From an uncultured delta proteobacterium (GTDB lineage: Bacteria; Myxococcota_A; Polyangia; Palsa-1104): a stretch of DNA of 64,000 bases. The notes below the pieces were generated by a model. The model was not told the origin of the DNA. It saw only the letters and a list, made by a program, of their open reading frames with translations, and searched no databases. Shown here piece by piece: positions 54,168 to 62,643 of this stretch. Numbering within the stretch: the first letter of the stretch is position 1; each line of letters starts with the position of its first letter. The stretch covers positions 128,001 to 192,000 of the forward strand of contig CAWAWS010000024.1 of NCBI GenBank assembly GCA_963785725.1, read 5' to 3'. A program made the position numbers and the translations under genes.

Positions 54168-54638
54168 TTACGGTCCCGGCGGCAACGGAATCGAGCACGT
54201 CTGAAATTGCGCGTTGCACATGTTCGCCATGCAGGGGATGGCGTTGAAGATGCTCGCGCCGAAGCCCATGAACGTCGAGCCGCAGTTGGGAATGGCGCAC
54301 GCCAGCAGCGTCTGCGCGTCCATCAACGCCGCGGCCGAGTGGCCCGCTTCGCAACCTTCGATGCAGCCCGTGTCCGACGAGATGCAGCTGTCGATGACGC
54401 ACTCGAGGATGGAGCCGCATTCCTTCTCGACCAACAAGTCGACATTGGACAGCAACATGTCGAGCGGCTGCGGCGCCATGTCGAGCGGCTGCGGCGCGGC
54501 CAGGTCGAGCGCAGGCTGCGGCGCCATGTCGACGACCGACGGGACACCGGTCGGCAGCGAACGACTGGCGCAGCCGGAGACGGCGAACGCGCCCACCAAC
54601 GTCGCCCCGAGCCACATCGCCGGCAAACGACTACGCAT
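54168..54638 (-). CDS. Cys-rich lipoprotein
   Basis: Lipobox VSGC, repeated (V/L)D(M/L)APQP linker, CxxxC-rich helical domain. Confidence 0.75.
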   Translation of the reverse strand: MRSRLPAMWLGATLVGAFAVSGCASRSLPTGVPSVVDMAPQPALDLAAPQPLDMAPQPLDMLLSNVDLLVEKECGSILECVIDSCISSDTGCIEGCEAGHSAAALMDAQTLLACAIPNCGSTFMGFGASIFNAIPCMANMCNAQFQTCSIPLPPGP

Positions 54639-55400
54639 GAGTCCCCTGATACCACGCGGCTACGTCGCCTGCTCGTGATCCACCTCGCATCTGGCGGAGA
54701 GTCGGCTGCCCGAGCGTGGCGCGTTGGCTGGACAGGGCCAACGTCGAGCCGGCCGAGGTGCTCGTTCGCGAGCAGCAGAAGCGATGAGGAGCTGCCAGAG
54801 GTAGCACTCGCACGCAGCTTTCTCGCCGCCGATAACCTCCGCATGTTCGTGATCGAGTCGAAGACACCGACGGGAGCGGTCCACCACTCGATCGTGTGAT
54901 AGGGTCGCGAAGAGTCGAAGTGACTTTCGCGCACCTCTGTGATCACTTCGCGAAATGCTTCTAGTTCTGCGGCTGTCGCCGCCTGGGGCGATCAAGTTCG
55001 CGATGCCATTTATTCGACGAGCATTCGTGTCGAGATTGAGCGGCTGATAAAGACGCTGAAGGAGCTCGCTGAGCACGCCGAGAAATCGACCGCGCCTCAC
55101 TGAAACTCTCGCATGGCCGCAAAACAAGAAATGTCGGCTCTATCAGTCGCAAGTCGCGCGCGCGCAAGCGCTGAGCGCTCAGCTCGGTGACGAAGCACGC
55201 TCGTGCTGATGCTCACGCGTCGTAGAGCGATCGCGCATGTGCTGCAATCCACACCGTCGGAGAGCTGCGACACATTCGCCTGTTGCCACTGAATTGACAG
55301 TGACCAGGCGTCGTAGTCTTCATGGCAACAACGACTGCCTAACGCTGCGGGGATGCCTCGTGACCGCGCTGAACGTGAGCTCGCAGCGCGAGATCGCTAG

Positions 55401-55416
55401 CGGCACGCGCGCTGCA
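55401..55416 (+). promoter_or_regulatory. Putative sigma54 promoter for lanA
   Basis: CGGCACGCGCGCTGCA, GG-N10-GC, 46 bp before the GTG start. Confidence 0.55.
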
Positions 55417-55461
55417 ATAACGTGCGCCACCCGCAATCGGGCAACCCCTAGGAGGCCAGAC

Positions 55462-55641
55462 GTGAAGAAGACGATCAGCAAACAGAAGCTCTCGCTCAAC
55501 AAGGAAACGCTGAGCAAGCTCAACAACAACGAGATGACCCAGGTCAACGGTGGCATCGGCACGGTCGGCTTGGTCTGCCATCCGCGTCAGACGTTCGGCG
55601 CCGGCTGCGAAACGAACCGACCGCCCGGCAACTTGTGCTGA
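55462..55641 (+). CDS. lanA: Class I lanthipeptide precursor (59 aa)
   Basis: GGAGG RBS + GTG; leader MKKTISKQKLSLNKETLSKLNNNEMTQVNGG (KLSLNKET, double Gly); core with 3 Thr and 3 Cys; adjacent LanC. Confidence 0.88.
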   Translation: MKKTISKQKLSLNKETLSKLNNNEMTQVNGGIGTVGLVCHPRQTFGAGCETNRPPGNLC

Positions 55642-55646
55642 TCACG

Positions 55647-55687
55647 ACCGGGCCCCAAGGCGCAATCCTTGGGGCCCGGTTCTTTTT
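55647..55687 (+). terminator. Stem-loop between lanA and lanC
   Basis: Perfect 14-bp stem ACCGGGCCCCAAGG/CCTTGGGGCCCGGT followed by TCTTTTT. Confidence 0.85.
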
Positions 55688-55709
55688 CATCAACATCAGC
55701 GAGGAATCG

Positions 55710-56948
55710 ATGGCCAGGACGCGCGCGCGCTGGATGCCGATCGTCGACGGTCAAGCTGCCGCAGGCATCCGCCGCGTCGTGCTCGATATCGCCGACGTGC
55801 TGCGCGACTCGCGCAAGCACGCCGCGTTCCCCAACGGCGCCGCGGCGCGCGCGCTGTTCTTCGGTTATCTCGCCGACGCTTGGCCGGACGACGCGTGGAG
55901 CGGCCTCGCCGGCGCTTGCCTCGACGCCGCGATCAGCCAGATCAGCGACGAGGAGATGGCGCCGCTGTTGTTCAACGGCTTCGCCGGCACCGCCTGGGTC
56001 GTCGAGCACCTGCAGGGGCATCTGCTCGACTCCGACGACGCGGATCCGAACGAGGCGATCGACGAAGCGCTGCTGGAGCTGACCGCGCGCTCGCGACCGC
56101 ACGACACGAACGAGCTGATGTACGGCCTGGCCGGCCTCGGAGTGTACGCCTGGGAGCGACGGCATCGTCCGTCGGCGCGCGTTCTGATCGAGCAGGTCGT
56201 GGCGCGGCTCGACGAGCTCGCCGTGGCGCGCGACGGCGGCCGCACCTGGCTGACCCTGCCCGAGGCGCTCCACCCCGAGGTGCTACCGGATCACCCCGAA
56301 GGACGCATCACGCTGGGCACGGCGCACGGGGTGCCCGGAACGCTGGTGCTGCTGGCGCTGGCGTGCGAGTCCGGTATCGCCGTCGAGCGAGCGCGGCCGT
56401 TGCTCGAGGACGTCGTGCGCTGCCTGCTGGCGCAGCGCAGCGCCGGCGCGCTTTCGATCGTGCCGCGCTGGATTGATCTCGCGACCGGCGTCGCGCTGCC
56501 GTCGCGCGCCGCCTGGTGCTACGGCGATCCCGGCGCCGGCGCGGCGCTGCTGTGGGCCGCGCGCGCGGTCGGCGTGAACGCATGGGAGCAGGCGGCGCTC
56601 GAGATCATGGCGCGCGGTGCGGCGCATTCGCTCGACTCGTCGGGCGTGGTCGATGCCGGCATCTGCCACGGCGCCGCCGGATTGACGCACCTATTCAACC
56701 GCGCGTTTCAAGCCACCGGCAACACGTGCTTACGCCAGTCAGCGCTCACCTGGCTCGATCACACGCTCGCCTATCGGCGGCTCGGCGGAGCGTGCGCAGG
56801 TTTCTTGGCGCAGGGAGAGTCGGGCCTAGTCGAGGACGAGTCGCTGCTCAGCGGAATCGCCGGCATCGGCATGACGTTGCTCGCGGCGATCGCAGCCGTC
56901 GAGCCCGAGTGGGACCGCGTGTTCGCCTGCGCCGTCCCGCCGCGATGA
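55710..56948 (+). CDS. lanC: Lanthionine cyclase
   Basis: GTAHGVPG, WCYGDPG, GICHGAAG, SLLSGIAG; GAGGA RBS before ATG 55710. Confidence 0.9.
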   Translation: MARTRARWMPIVDGQAAAGIRRVVLDIADVLRDSRKHAAFPNGAAARALFFGYLADAWPDDAWSGLAGACLDAAISQISDEEMAPLLFNGFAGTAWVVEHLQGHLLDSDDADPNEAIDEALLELTARSRPHDTNELMYGLAGLGVYAWERRHRPSARVLIEQVVARLDELAVARDGGRTWLTLPEALHPEVLPDHPEGRITLGTAHGVPGTLVLLALACESGIAVERARPLLEDVVRCLLAQRSAGALSIVPRWIDLATGVALPSRAAWCYGDPGAGAALLWAARAVGVNAWEQAALEIMARGAAHSLDSSGVVDAGICHGAAGLTHLFNRAFQATGNTCLRQSALTWLDHTLAYRRLGGACAGFLAQGESGLVEDESLLSGIAGIGMTLLAAIAAVEPEWDRVFACAVPPR

Positions 56949-56964
56949 TGGCAGGTATTCGGTT

Positions 56965-57141
56965 GTGAAAACGCCGAGCCGCAAAGCTCACGCGCTGAGC
57001 GCCTATCTGGTGCGCTGGTTCGAGGTGCAGCAGGTGCTATTGCTGGTCGTGACGGCTGGCTTCATGGCGTTGCCTGTCGTCCTGGCCTCGCGCGGGATCA
57101 GCATGACGACGTGCTTGCTGGCGCTGACGCTAGGTGTGTAG
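56965..57141 (+). pseudogene. 58-aa hydrophobic ORF, possibly a truncated transporter N-terminus
   Basis: MKTPSRKAHALSAYLVRWFEVQQVLLLVVTAGFMALPVVLASRGISMTTCLLALTLGV; stops 64 bp before the IS66 end. Confidence 0.35.
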
Positions 57142-57204
57142 TCCCGCAGTGTGACGGTGCACTAACTCCCACGATTCGATTCAACTAATGCCGCCTCGAC
57201 GGGC

Positions 57205-57576
57205 GTAAGCGTTCGTCGAACGACGTCTCTGAGGGTGGCCCGAGGCGCCGAGGCGTTGCGGTTCGAGCTCAGGGAACCGTGTCGAGCGTAGCGAGGGAGG
57301 ACGGACCGAGCGTAGCGCGACGATAGATATTCGCGTCGAGGCGTTGCTGCACCTCGGGCCTCTCCAGTGTCCGACTCCAGTGCGCCGGCGTCAGCTCGAG
57401 TACGCGACTCTTCCGCCAGCTCGGCATCAGGCAGAACAAGTCGCGCAAGTAGCTCCACGGCTCGATGCCGTGCATCTGGCAGCTCGCCAAGAGCGACACG
57501 AAGGCCGCGTTGACTTCGCCGGTGTCGTCGTCGCCCACGAAGAGCCAGTTTTTCCGACCGACAGCCTCCTGTCGCG
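57205..57576 (-). mobile_element. IS66-family remnant: tnpC 3' end plus terminal inverted repeat
   Basis: AVGRKNWLF...SLLASCQMHGIEPWSYLRD...LTPAHW; GTAAGCGTTCG at 57205 fits IS66 GTAA ends. Confidence 0.82.
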
Positions 57577-57811
57577 CGGCTGGCGCCTGCGCCGCCGCTA
57601 GCACCTCGTTCCAACGCGTTGCCAGCCACCGGGCATGATCGTCGCGGTCGAGGCTCAGCTTGAGCATCACCGCGCGTCCGCCGCGCGTTACCAGCTGCAC
57701 GGACACTACTCTTTTGCGCTGGCCCCCGCCGACGGAAACGTTTCGCTCGGCGGGCTCAAAGCGCTCGATTCACGTCATTCTGCGTGACCGTCACGCTCAG
57801 AGCGAGTGACG

Positions 57812-59128
57812 CTAGCGATTGAAGGGGGACTCGTTGATCAGGTGAAAGCCGCGATTGATGAGCAGCATATCCTTGTCGTCGACCTTTTTGAGGGTCACCT
57901 TCACCTCGTCATTGTCGAAAGGCACGAACTTGCCGCTCAGCACGATGTGGCTGTCGTCGGGCATCGCGAACGTCATGAAGTGATGATCGGGATCGTCGGT
58001 CCACTGCTCGATCTGTCCGTCCTTGACCTCGCCGAACTCCTGCCTCGTACCGTCGACGAACCGAACCATGCCGCCCCGCCGCCCGATGGCCAGGGCGCGC
58101 CAGCGCTTGGGATCGTCGAGCCGCTGCTCGACGACGTGGCCGCGGCGAACGAGTTGCTCGACCTCGTAGGCGCCGTACTCCTTCGGTTTGGGGGCGCTGT
58201 CGCCGTAGAGCTGCATCGCCTTGATCGACCCATGGATGAATTGAAAGCCGAGAAAACCGATTAGGCCGTATTTGACGATTCGGCGAGCCCACAAGCCGCG
58301 CGCCGACGCCGGCCGCCAGATCTTCAGCGACGGTGTCGTGGAACGATGCAGGACCAAGACATCGACCAGCCGCCTCGCGTCCGGCAACAGTAGCCACACG
58401 GCCATCAACAGCAGGTGGGACGAGAGCAGCTTGACCGGCACGTCGTAGCAAAAGTTGAGCATCACAACGTTGGTCATCACCGCGATCACCACGAGCGAGC
58501 CGAGCGTCGTCGTGCGGCGGAACAGCAGCAACAGACCGCCTAGCACCTCTGATAAGCCGCCGAAGATGGTGTAGGCAGTCGACACGCCCATGAACGCCCA
58601 CAGAATGCCCATGGGCGACGATTCGCCGTAGGTCTCGACGAGCCGCGACGGCGCGGGCAGCGGGAACTGCAGCTTGAAGACCTTCGCGAAGCCGTAGCTC
58701 AGCATTTGATACGCCAGCGCATAGCGCACCCACACCCGCAAGATGGCGTGGAGCCGCTCGTACTGTGTGCGCCTGCGATCGACGACCGACCACACCGCCA
58801 CGGCGACGAGCGCCGTGACGGCCCAGAATCCGTCGAGCAGCCAGTCATAGAGCGTGTCGCCGCTGCCATTGGTGAAGTTGTCGATGGCCTTGGGCAGGTG
58901 CAGGACGTGCTTGCCAAGCCACGGGATGAGCGTGTGCCACAGCTTGTTGAGCGTGAGCCAATCCCAACCAAACTGTGAGTTGCTGGCGAGGGAGAACGAG
59001 TAGAGCGCCACGTACGAGAACAAGAAGCGGAAGGCGAAACGGCGCGCCGCCGACCACGCGATCGGCGGCGGCGACACCGTGGGCGCAGGAGGCGACAGCG
59101 GTTCGACGAGCGCGGTAACTGTGTTCAT
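57812..59128 (-). CDS. DoxX-like integral membrane protein
   Basis: NGSGDT, YGFAKVFKLQFP, SPMGILWAFMG, NFCYDVPVKL. Confidence 0.75.
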   Translation of the reverse strand: MNTVTALVEPLSPPAPTVSPPPIAWSAARRFAFRFLFSYVALYSFSLASNSQFGWDWLTLNKLWHTLIPWLGKHVLHLPKAIDNFTNGSGDTLYDWLLDGFWAVTALVAVAVWSVVDRRRTQYERLHAILRVWVRYALAYQMLSYGFAKVFKLQFPLPAPSRLVETYGESSPMGILWAFMGVSTAYTIFGGLSEVLGGLLLLFRRTTTLGSLVVIAVMTNVVMLNFCYDVPVKLLSSHLLLMAVWLLLPDARRLVDVLVLHRSTTPSLKIWRPASARGLWARRIVKYGLIGFLGFQFIHGSIKAMQLYGDSAPKPKEYGAYEVEQLVRRGHVVEQRLDDPKRWRALAIGRRGGMVRFVDGTRQEFGEVKDGQIEQWTDDPDHHFMTFAMPDDSHIVLSGKFVPFDNDEVKVTLKKVDDKDMLLINRGFHLINESPFNR

Positions 59129-59750
59129 GGCAACAGTAGACCATTGCCGAGGCTCGCCTTTCCGCGACTGCGATCACAGCAGGGCTAGCCGCGGCGGCAG
59201 CAGCGGCGAGTGCGAGGATTTCGCCAGCAAGCGCCCGAGCGCGCCCGCGAGTGTTCGGTTGGGCGATGGAACGGGCCGGCGCAGCGAGCCGAGGGTCCCG
59301 ACTCCCGTCGGTGGCGGAGCACTTTGGGGCTCGAAAAAGTGCCACGGTTGATGCCACGCGGGCCTGGATTTCAAGGTTTCGAAGCGGGTCGAAAGGGACA
59401 GAACTGGACCGGGGCTGGCAACGCAATCAACAGCAAAAAAACGAATAGATACGTCGCAAGCCAGCGTCGTGCCTCAGTTTGTCGTTGTCTGCCATTGACG
59501 AGTTCAAGCCCCGTCAGTCACCCCATCACGAAGGCCCTAAACTGCGGTTAGACCCGAGCGAGCCGGTCTCTGCGTCCCTAGCACTTGACGTGACGTGTGA
59601 GCCAAGACTCGCGGCTTACCGGTCTCGGCTCGGCGCAATTTTTGCGGCGGCGGGGCTCGGCCACGCCATTCTTGCGCGAGATGGCCGTTGGCGGCAGCGC
59701 GCGCCGGCGTCTTCGCGTCGCACGACCGCGCGCATACTGCGTTCCCGACC

Positions 59751-59766
59751 TGGCGCACCGCTTGCT
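59751..59766 (+). promoter_or_regulatory. Putative sigma54 promoter for the CBS gene
   Basis: TGGCGCACCGCTTGCT, close to the TGGCACG-N4-TTGCW consensus. Confidence 0.65.
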
Positions 59767-59778
59767 CTGACGCGGCAC

Positions 59779-60585
59779 ATGCTGGCACAGAGACACGAAG
59801 CGCTCATCGAGCCGTGCGTCGACGAGCTGATGACCGCGCGACCGATCGTCGTCTCGGCCCGCGACAGCATCGCCGTTGCCGTCGAGCGTCTCCGCGCCGG
59901 CCGCGTCCGACACCTGCCGGTCATGGACGGCAGCCGCCTGGTCGGGTTGATTACGCTTCGCGACGTGCTGCTCGCCGACGCGTCGGCGTCGGTCGCCGAC
60001 GTGACGCGTCGCCCCATTTGGACGGTCTCGCCCGCCGTCGGCATTCGCCAGGCGTGCGAGCTTCTCCTCGCGCCTGGGATTTCGTGCCTACCGGTCGTCG
60101 ATGGCGGCGTCCTCGTGGGCATCTTCACTCGCACCGACGCGCTCAAATTCGTGCTGTCCGTCCTCGACCTCGAGCAGCTGTCGAATCGCGGCGGACCGAC
60201 GGTGGCGCAGCTCATGACCAGCCCGCCGACGGAGGTCACGAGCGCGACCACGACGCTCGACGAAGCCTGGCGGCAGATGCGAGCGACCCAAGCGCGCTAC
60301 CTGCCGGTCATGTGTCTCGACGCCGTCATCGGCATTCTCGGCGAGCGCGACGTGCTGCTGGCGTCTCGCCTCGCGCCCAACGGCTCGATGACGTCCGCGC
60401 CGCTCGTGGTCGACGCCATGAGCCCCGGCGTGCGGCTGATCCGCGACGAATCCTCGGCATGGGAAGCGGCGCGGAGCTTGTTGAAGCATCGCTCGGGCGC
60501 CTTGGTGGTGCTGCACGACTCGAAGCTGCGCGGCGTCATCACGGGCGCCGACTTCTTGCGCTGGCTGTTACGCGCGCGGACCTGA
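59779..60585 (+). CDS. Four-CBS-domain protein
   Basis: RHLPV..LVGLIT..D, CLPVV..LVGIFT.TD, YLPV..GIL.ERD, LRGVIT.AD. Confidence 0.85.
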   Translation: MLAQRHEALIEPCVDELMTARPIVVSARDSIAVAVERLRAGRVRHLPVMDGSRLVGLITLRDVLLADASASVADVTRRPIWTVSPAVGIRQACELLLAPGISCLPVVDGGVLVGIFTRTDALKFVLSVLDLEQLSNRGGPTVAQLMTSPPTEVTSATTTLDEAWRQMRATQARYLPVMCLDAVIGILGERDVLLASRLAPNGSMTSAPLVVDAMSPGVRLIRDESSAWEAARSLLKHRSGALVVLHDSKLRGVITGADFLRWLLRART

Positions 60586-60641
60586 GCCGAGCGTCAGCCT
60601 TGGCGAGCTCGACCGCACGACGTCGACGATGATTTCGAGCG

Positions 60642-61016
60642 TCATTTACAGTGCAGCGCGACCGCCGCGAAGACTTTGTCGATCTTCATCGGCTTGGCGA
60701 TAAAGGGCAGCTGCAGCTCCGCCGCCTTCGTCATCAAGTCGCCGTCGGCCGAGATGAGCACGACTGGAATCTGCGCCAGCTGCGGGTCTTGGCGCTGCGC
60801 GTGGCGAAAGTCGGCGCCGCTCATCACCGGCATCATCAAGTCGAGCAGAATGACGCACGGCCGAACACCGCTGCGCAGCTTCGCCAGCGCCTCGGCGCCG
60901 TGCTCCGCGGTCACGACCAGATAGCCTTCGATGTCGAGCACGTCGATGAGCGACTCGCGAATCCCCTCGTTGTCGTCGACGACGAGGACGGTGCGACAGT
61001 GATCGAGCGAGCCCAT
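60642..61016 (-). CDS. Single-domain response regulator
   Basis: VLVVDD, ILLDLMMPVMSG, ISA, KP. Confidence 0.9.
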   Translation of the reverse strand: MGSLDHCRTVLVVDDNEGIRESLIDVLDIEGYLVVTAEHGAEALAKLRSGVRPCVILLDLMMPVMSGADFRHAQRQDPQLAQIPVVLISADGDLMTKAAELQLPFIAKPMKIDKVFAAVALHCK

Positions 61017-61032
61017 GGCTGCCCTCATCGTA

Positions 61033-62583
61033 TCACGCGCGGCGCTGCTCACCGCGCTGCGCGCCTGTCTTGGCCAGCGGCAACGTGACGACGAAGTTGG
61101 CGCCCGAGCCGGGCTCGCTCTCGACGCCGATGCGGCCGCCCAGCGACTCGACGATCAAGCGGACAATCCACAGCCCGAGGCCGAGCCCGCCGTAATGAGT
61201 GATGGGCACCGCCCGCGCAAAGCGCTCGAAGATGCGCTCTTGATCCTCGGCGGCGATGCCGATGCCGTGATCGCGCACTTCCAGCACGGCGTCGCCGTCA
61301 CGTCGCTGAAGGCGGACCTCGATCGGCTTGCCCGCGCCATACTTGATCGCGTTGGACAGGATGTTGGTGACCACCTGCTCCATTCGCTTGCCATCCCACT
61401 GTCCGATCAGCTCCTCTTGCAGCTCCAACCGAACCTGACCGCGCTCCGCCAGGTCATATTCGAAGCGTTTGACCACGTCGCGGACGAGGCGCGCGGCATC
61501 GACCGGGCCGAGCTCGAGCCGGAGCTGCCCCGACACGACGCGGCTGACATCGAGCAGGCTCTCGACGAGCTGCGCCAGACAGTCGAGCTGCCCCTCGATC
61601 GCATCGACGCGCTCGACCAGCTTGCGGAAACCGTCGGCGTCCGGCAGCCCTTTTTTGACCAGCCGCTGAATGCCGCTCAAGCGGAGCTGCACGCTCGTCA
61701 GCGGCGTCTTGAGCTCGTGCGACGCGATCGACAGGAATTCGTCGCGCATGCGCACCGCCTCTTCGGCGCGCGCCAGCCGTAGCCGCTCTTCGTTGGCCTG
61801 GCGTCGCTCGGTGAGGTCGCGCGTGACCTTGGCGAAGCCGACGAGCTGGCCCGTGCTGTCGCGCATGGCGCTGATGACGACGTTGGCCCAAAAGCGCGAG
61901 CCGTCCTTGCGTACGCGCCAAGACTCCTCCTCGAAGCGGCCTTCGGCGGCGGCGATCGCCAGCTCGCGCTCGCACTTGCCCGCCCGCACGTCGTCGAGGG
62001 GATAGAAGATCGAGAAGTGCCGTCCGATGATCTCGGCGGCGGTGTACTGCTTCGTCCGGCGAGCGCCTTCGTTCCAGGTGGCGACATGCCCGGTCGGGTC
62101 GAGCATGAAGACGGCGTAGTCGCAGATGCCGTCGACGAGCAGCCGCAGACGCTGCTCACTCAGGCGCAGCTGCTCTTCCGTCTGTCGTCGTTCGCTCAGG
62201 TCACGCGAGATCTTGCAGAAGCCGTCGAGCCGGCCGCCGGCGCCGCGCAGCGGCGTGACGACCACCGACGCCCAGAAGCGCGAGCCGTCCTTGCGATGCC
62301 GCCAGCCCTGTTCCTCGTAGACCCCGACGCGTGCGGCGATCTCCAGCTCTTGTCTCGGCTTGGCGGTGGCGCGATCTTCCTCGGAATAGAACAGCGAGAA
62401 GTGCCGGCCGACGATCTCGTCGGCGTCGTACTGCGTCATGAGCCGCGCGCCCTCGTTCCACGTGACGACGTTGCCTTCACGATCCAGCATGACGATGGCG
62501 TATTCCCGAACACTTTTGACGAGCAGAAAACGCTCGATGTGCTCCTCGATTCCCCGCCCGCCCTCAGCCGATGCATCGTTCAT
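61033..62583 (-). CDS. PAS-PAS sensor histidine kinase
   Basis: Two PAS/PAC units (RKDGSRFWA), SHELKTPL, NAIKY, DHGIGI, GLGLGL. Confidence 0.92.
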   Translation of the reverse strand: MNDASAEGGRGIEEHIERFLLVKSVREYAIVMLDREGNVVTWNEGARLMTQYDADEIVGRHFSLFYSEEDRATAKPRQELEIAARVGVYEEQGWRHRKDGSRFWASVVVTPLRGAGGRLDGFCKISRDLSERRQTEEQLRLSEQRLRLLVDGICDYAVFMLDPTGHVATWNEGARRTKQYTAAEIIGRHFSIFYPLDDVRAGKCERELAIAAAEGRFEEESWRVRKDGSRFWANVVISAMRDSTGQLVGFAKVTRDLTERRQANEERLRLARAEEAVRMRDEFLSIASHELKTPLTSVQLRLSGIQRLVKKGLPDADGFRKLVERVDAIEGQLDCLAQLVESLLDVSRVVSGQLRLELGPVDAARLVRDVVKRFEYDLAERGQVRLELQEELIGQWDGKRMEQVVTNILSNAIKYGAGKPIEVRLQRRDGDAVLEVRDHGIGIAAEDQERIFERFARAVPITHYGGLGLGLWIVRLIVESLGGRIGVESEPGSGANFVVTLPLAKTGAQRGEQRRA

Positions 62584-62643
62584 CAGCTCACCCCAGCCGC
62601 CTACTATAGGGCTGCACCGCGCATTTGTCGCTGCGGCAATTTG

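Larger units (their letters stand above)
53859..59540. mobile_element. Decayed integrative island in the tRNA-His 3' end (no integrase)
   Basis: Direct repeat GTTCAAGCCCCGTCAGTCACCCCATCAYGAAGGCCCTAA at 53859-53897 and 59502-59540 (38/39 identical). Confidence 0.85.

Noticed and set aside
54660..55127. 155-aa minus-strand ORF in the island, considered as integrase or toxin remnant
   Set aside because: No recognisable motifs or RBS; may be decayed DNA but cannot be assigned
59502..59526. Second tRNA gene
   Set aside because: Only part of the T-arm and the acceptor 3' strand are present; it is the att duplicate
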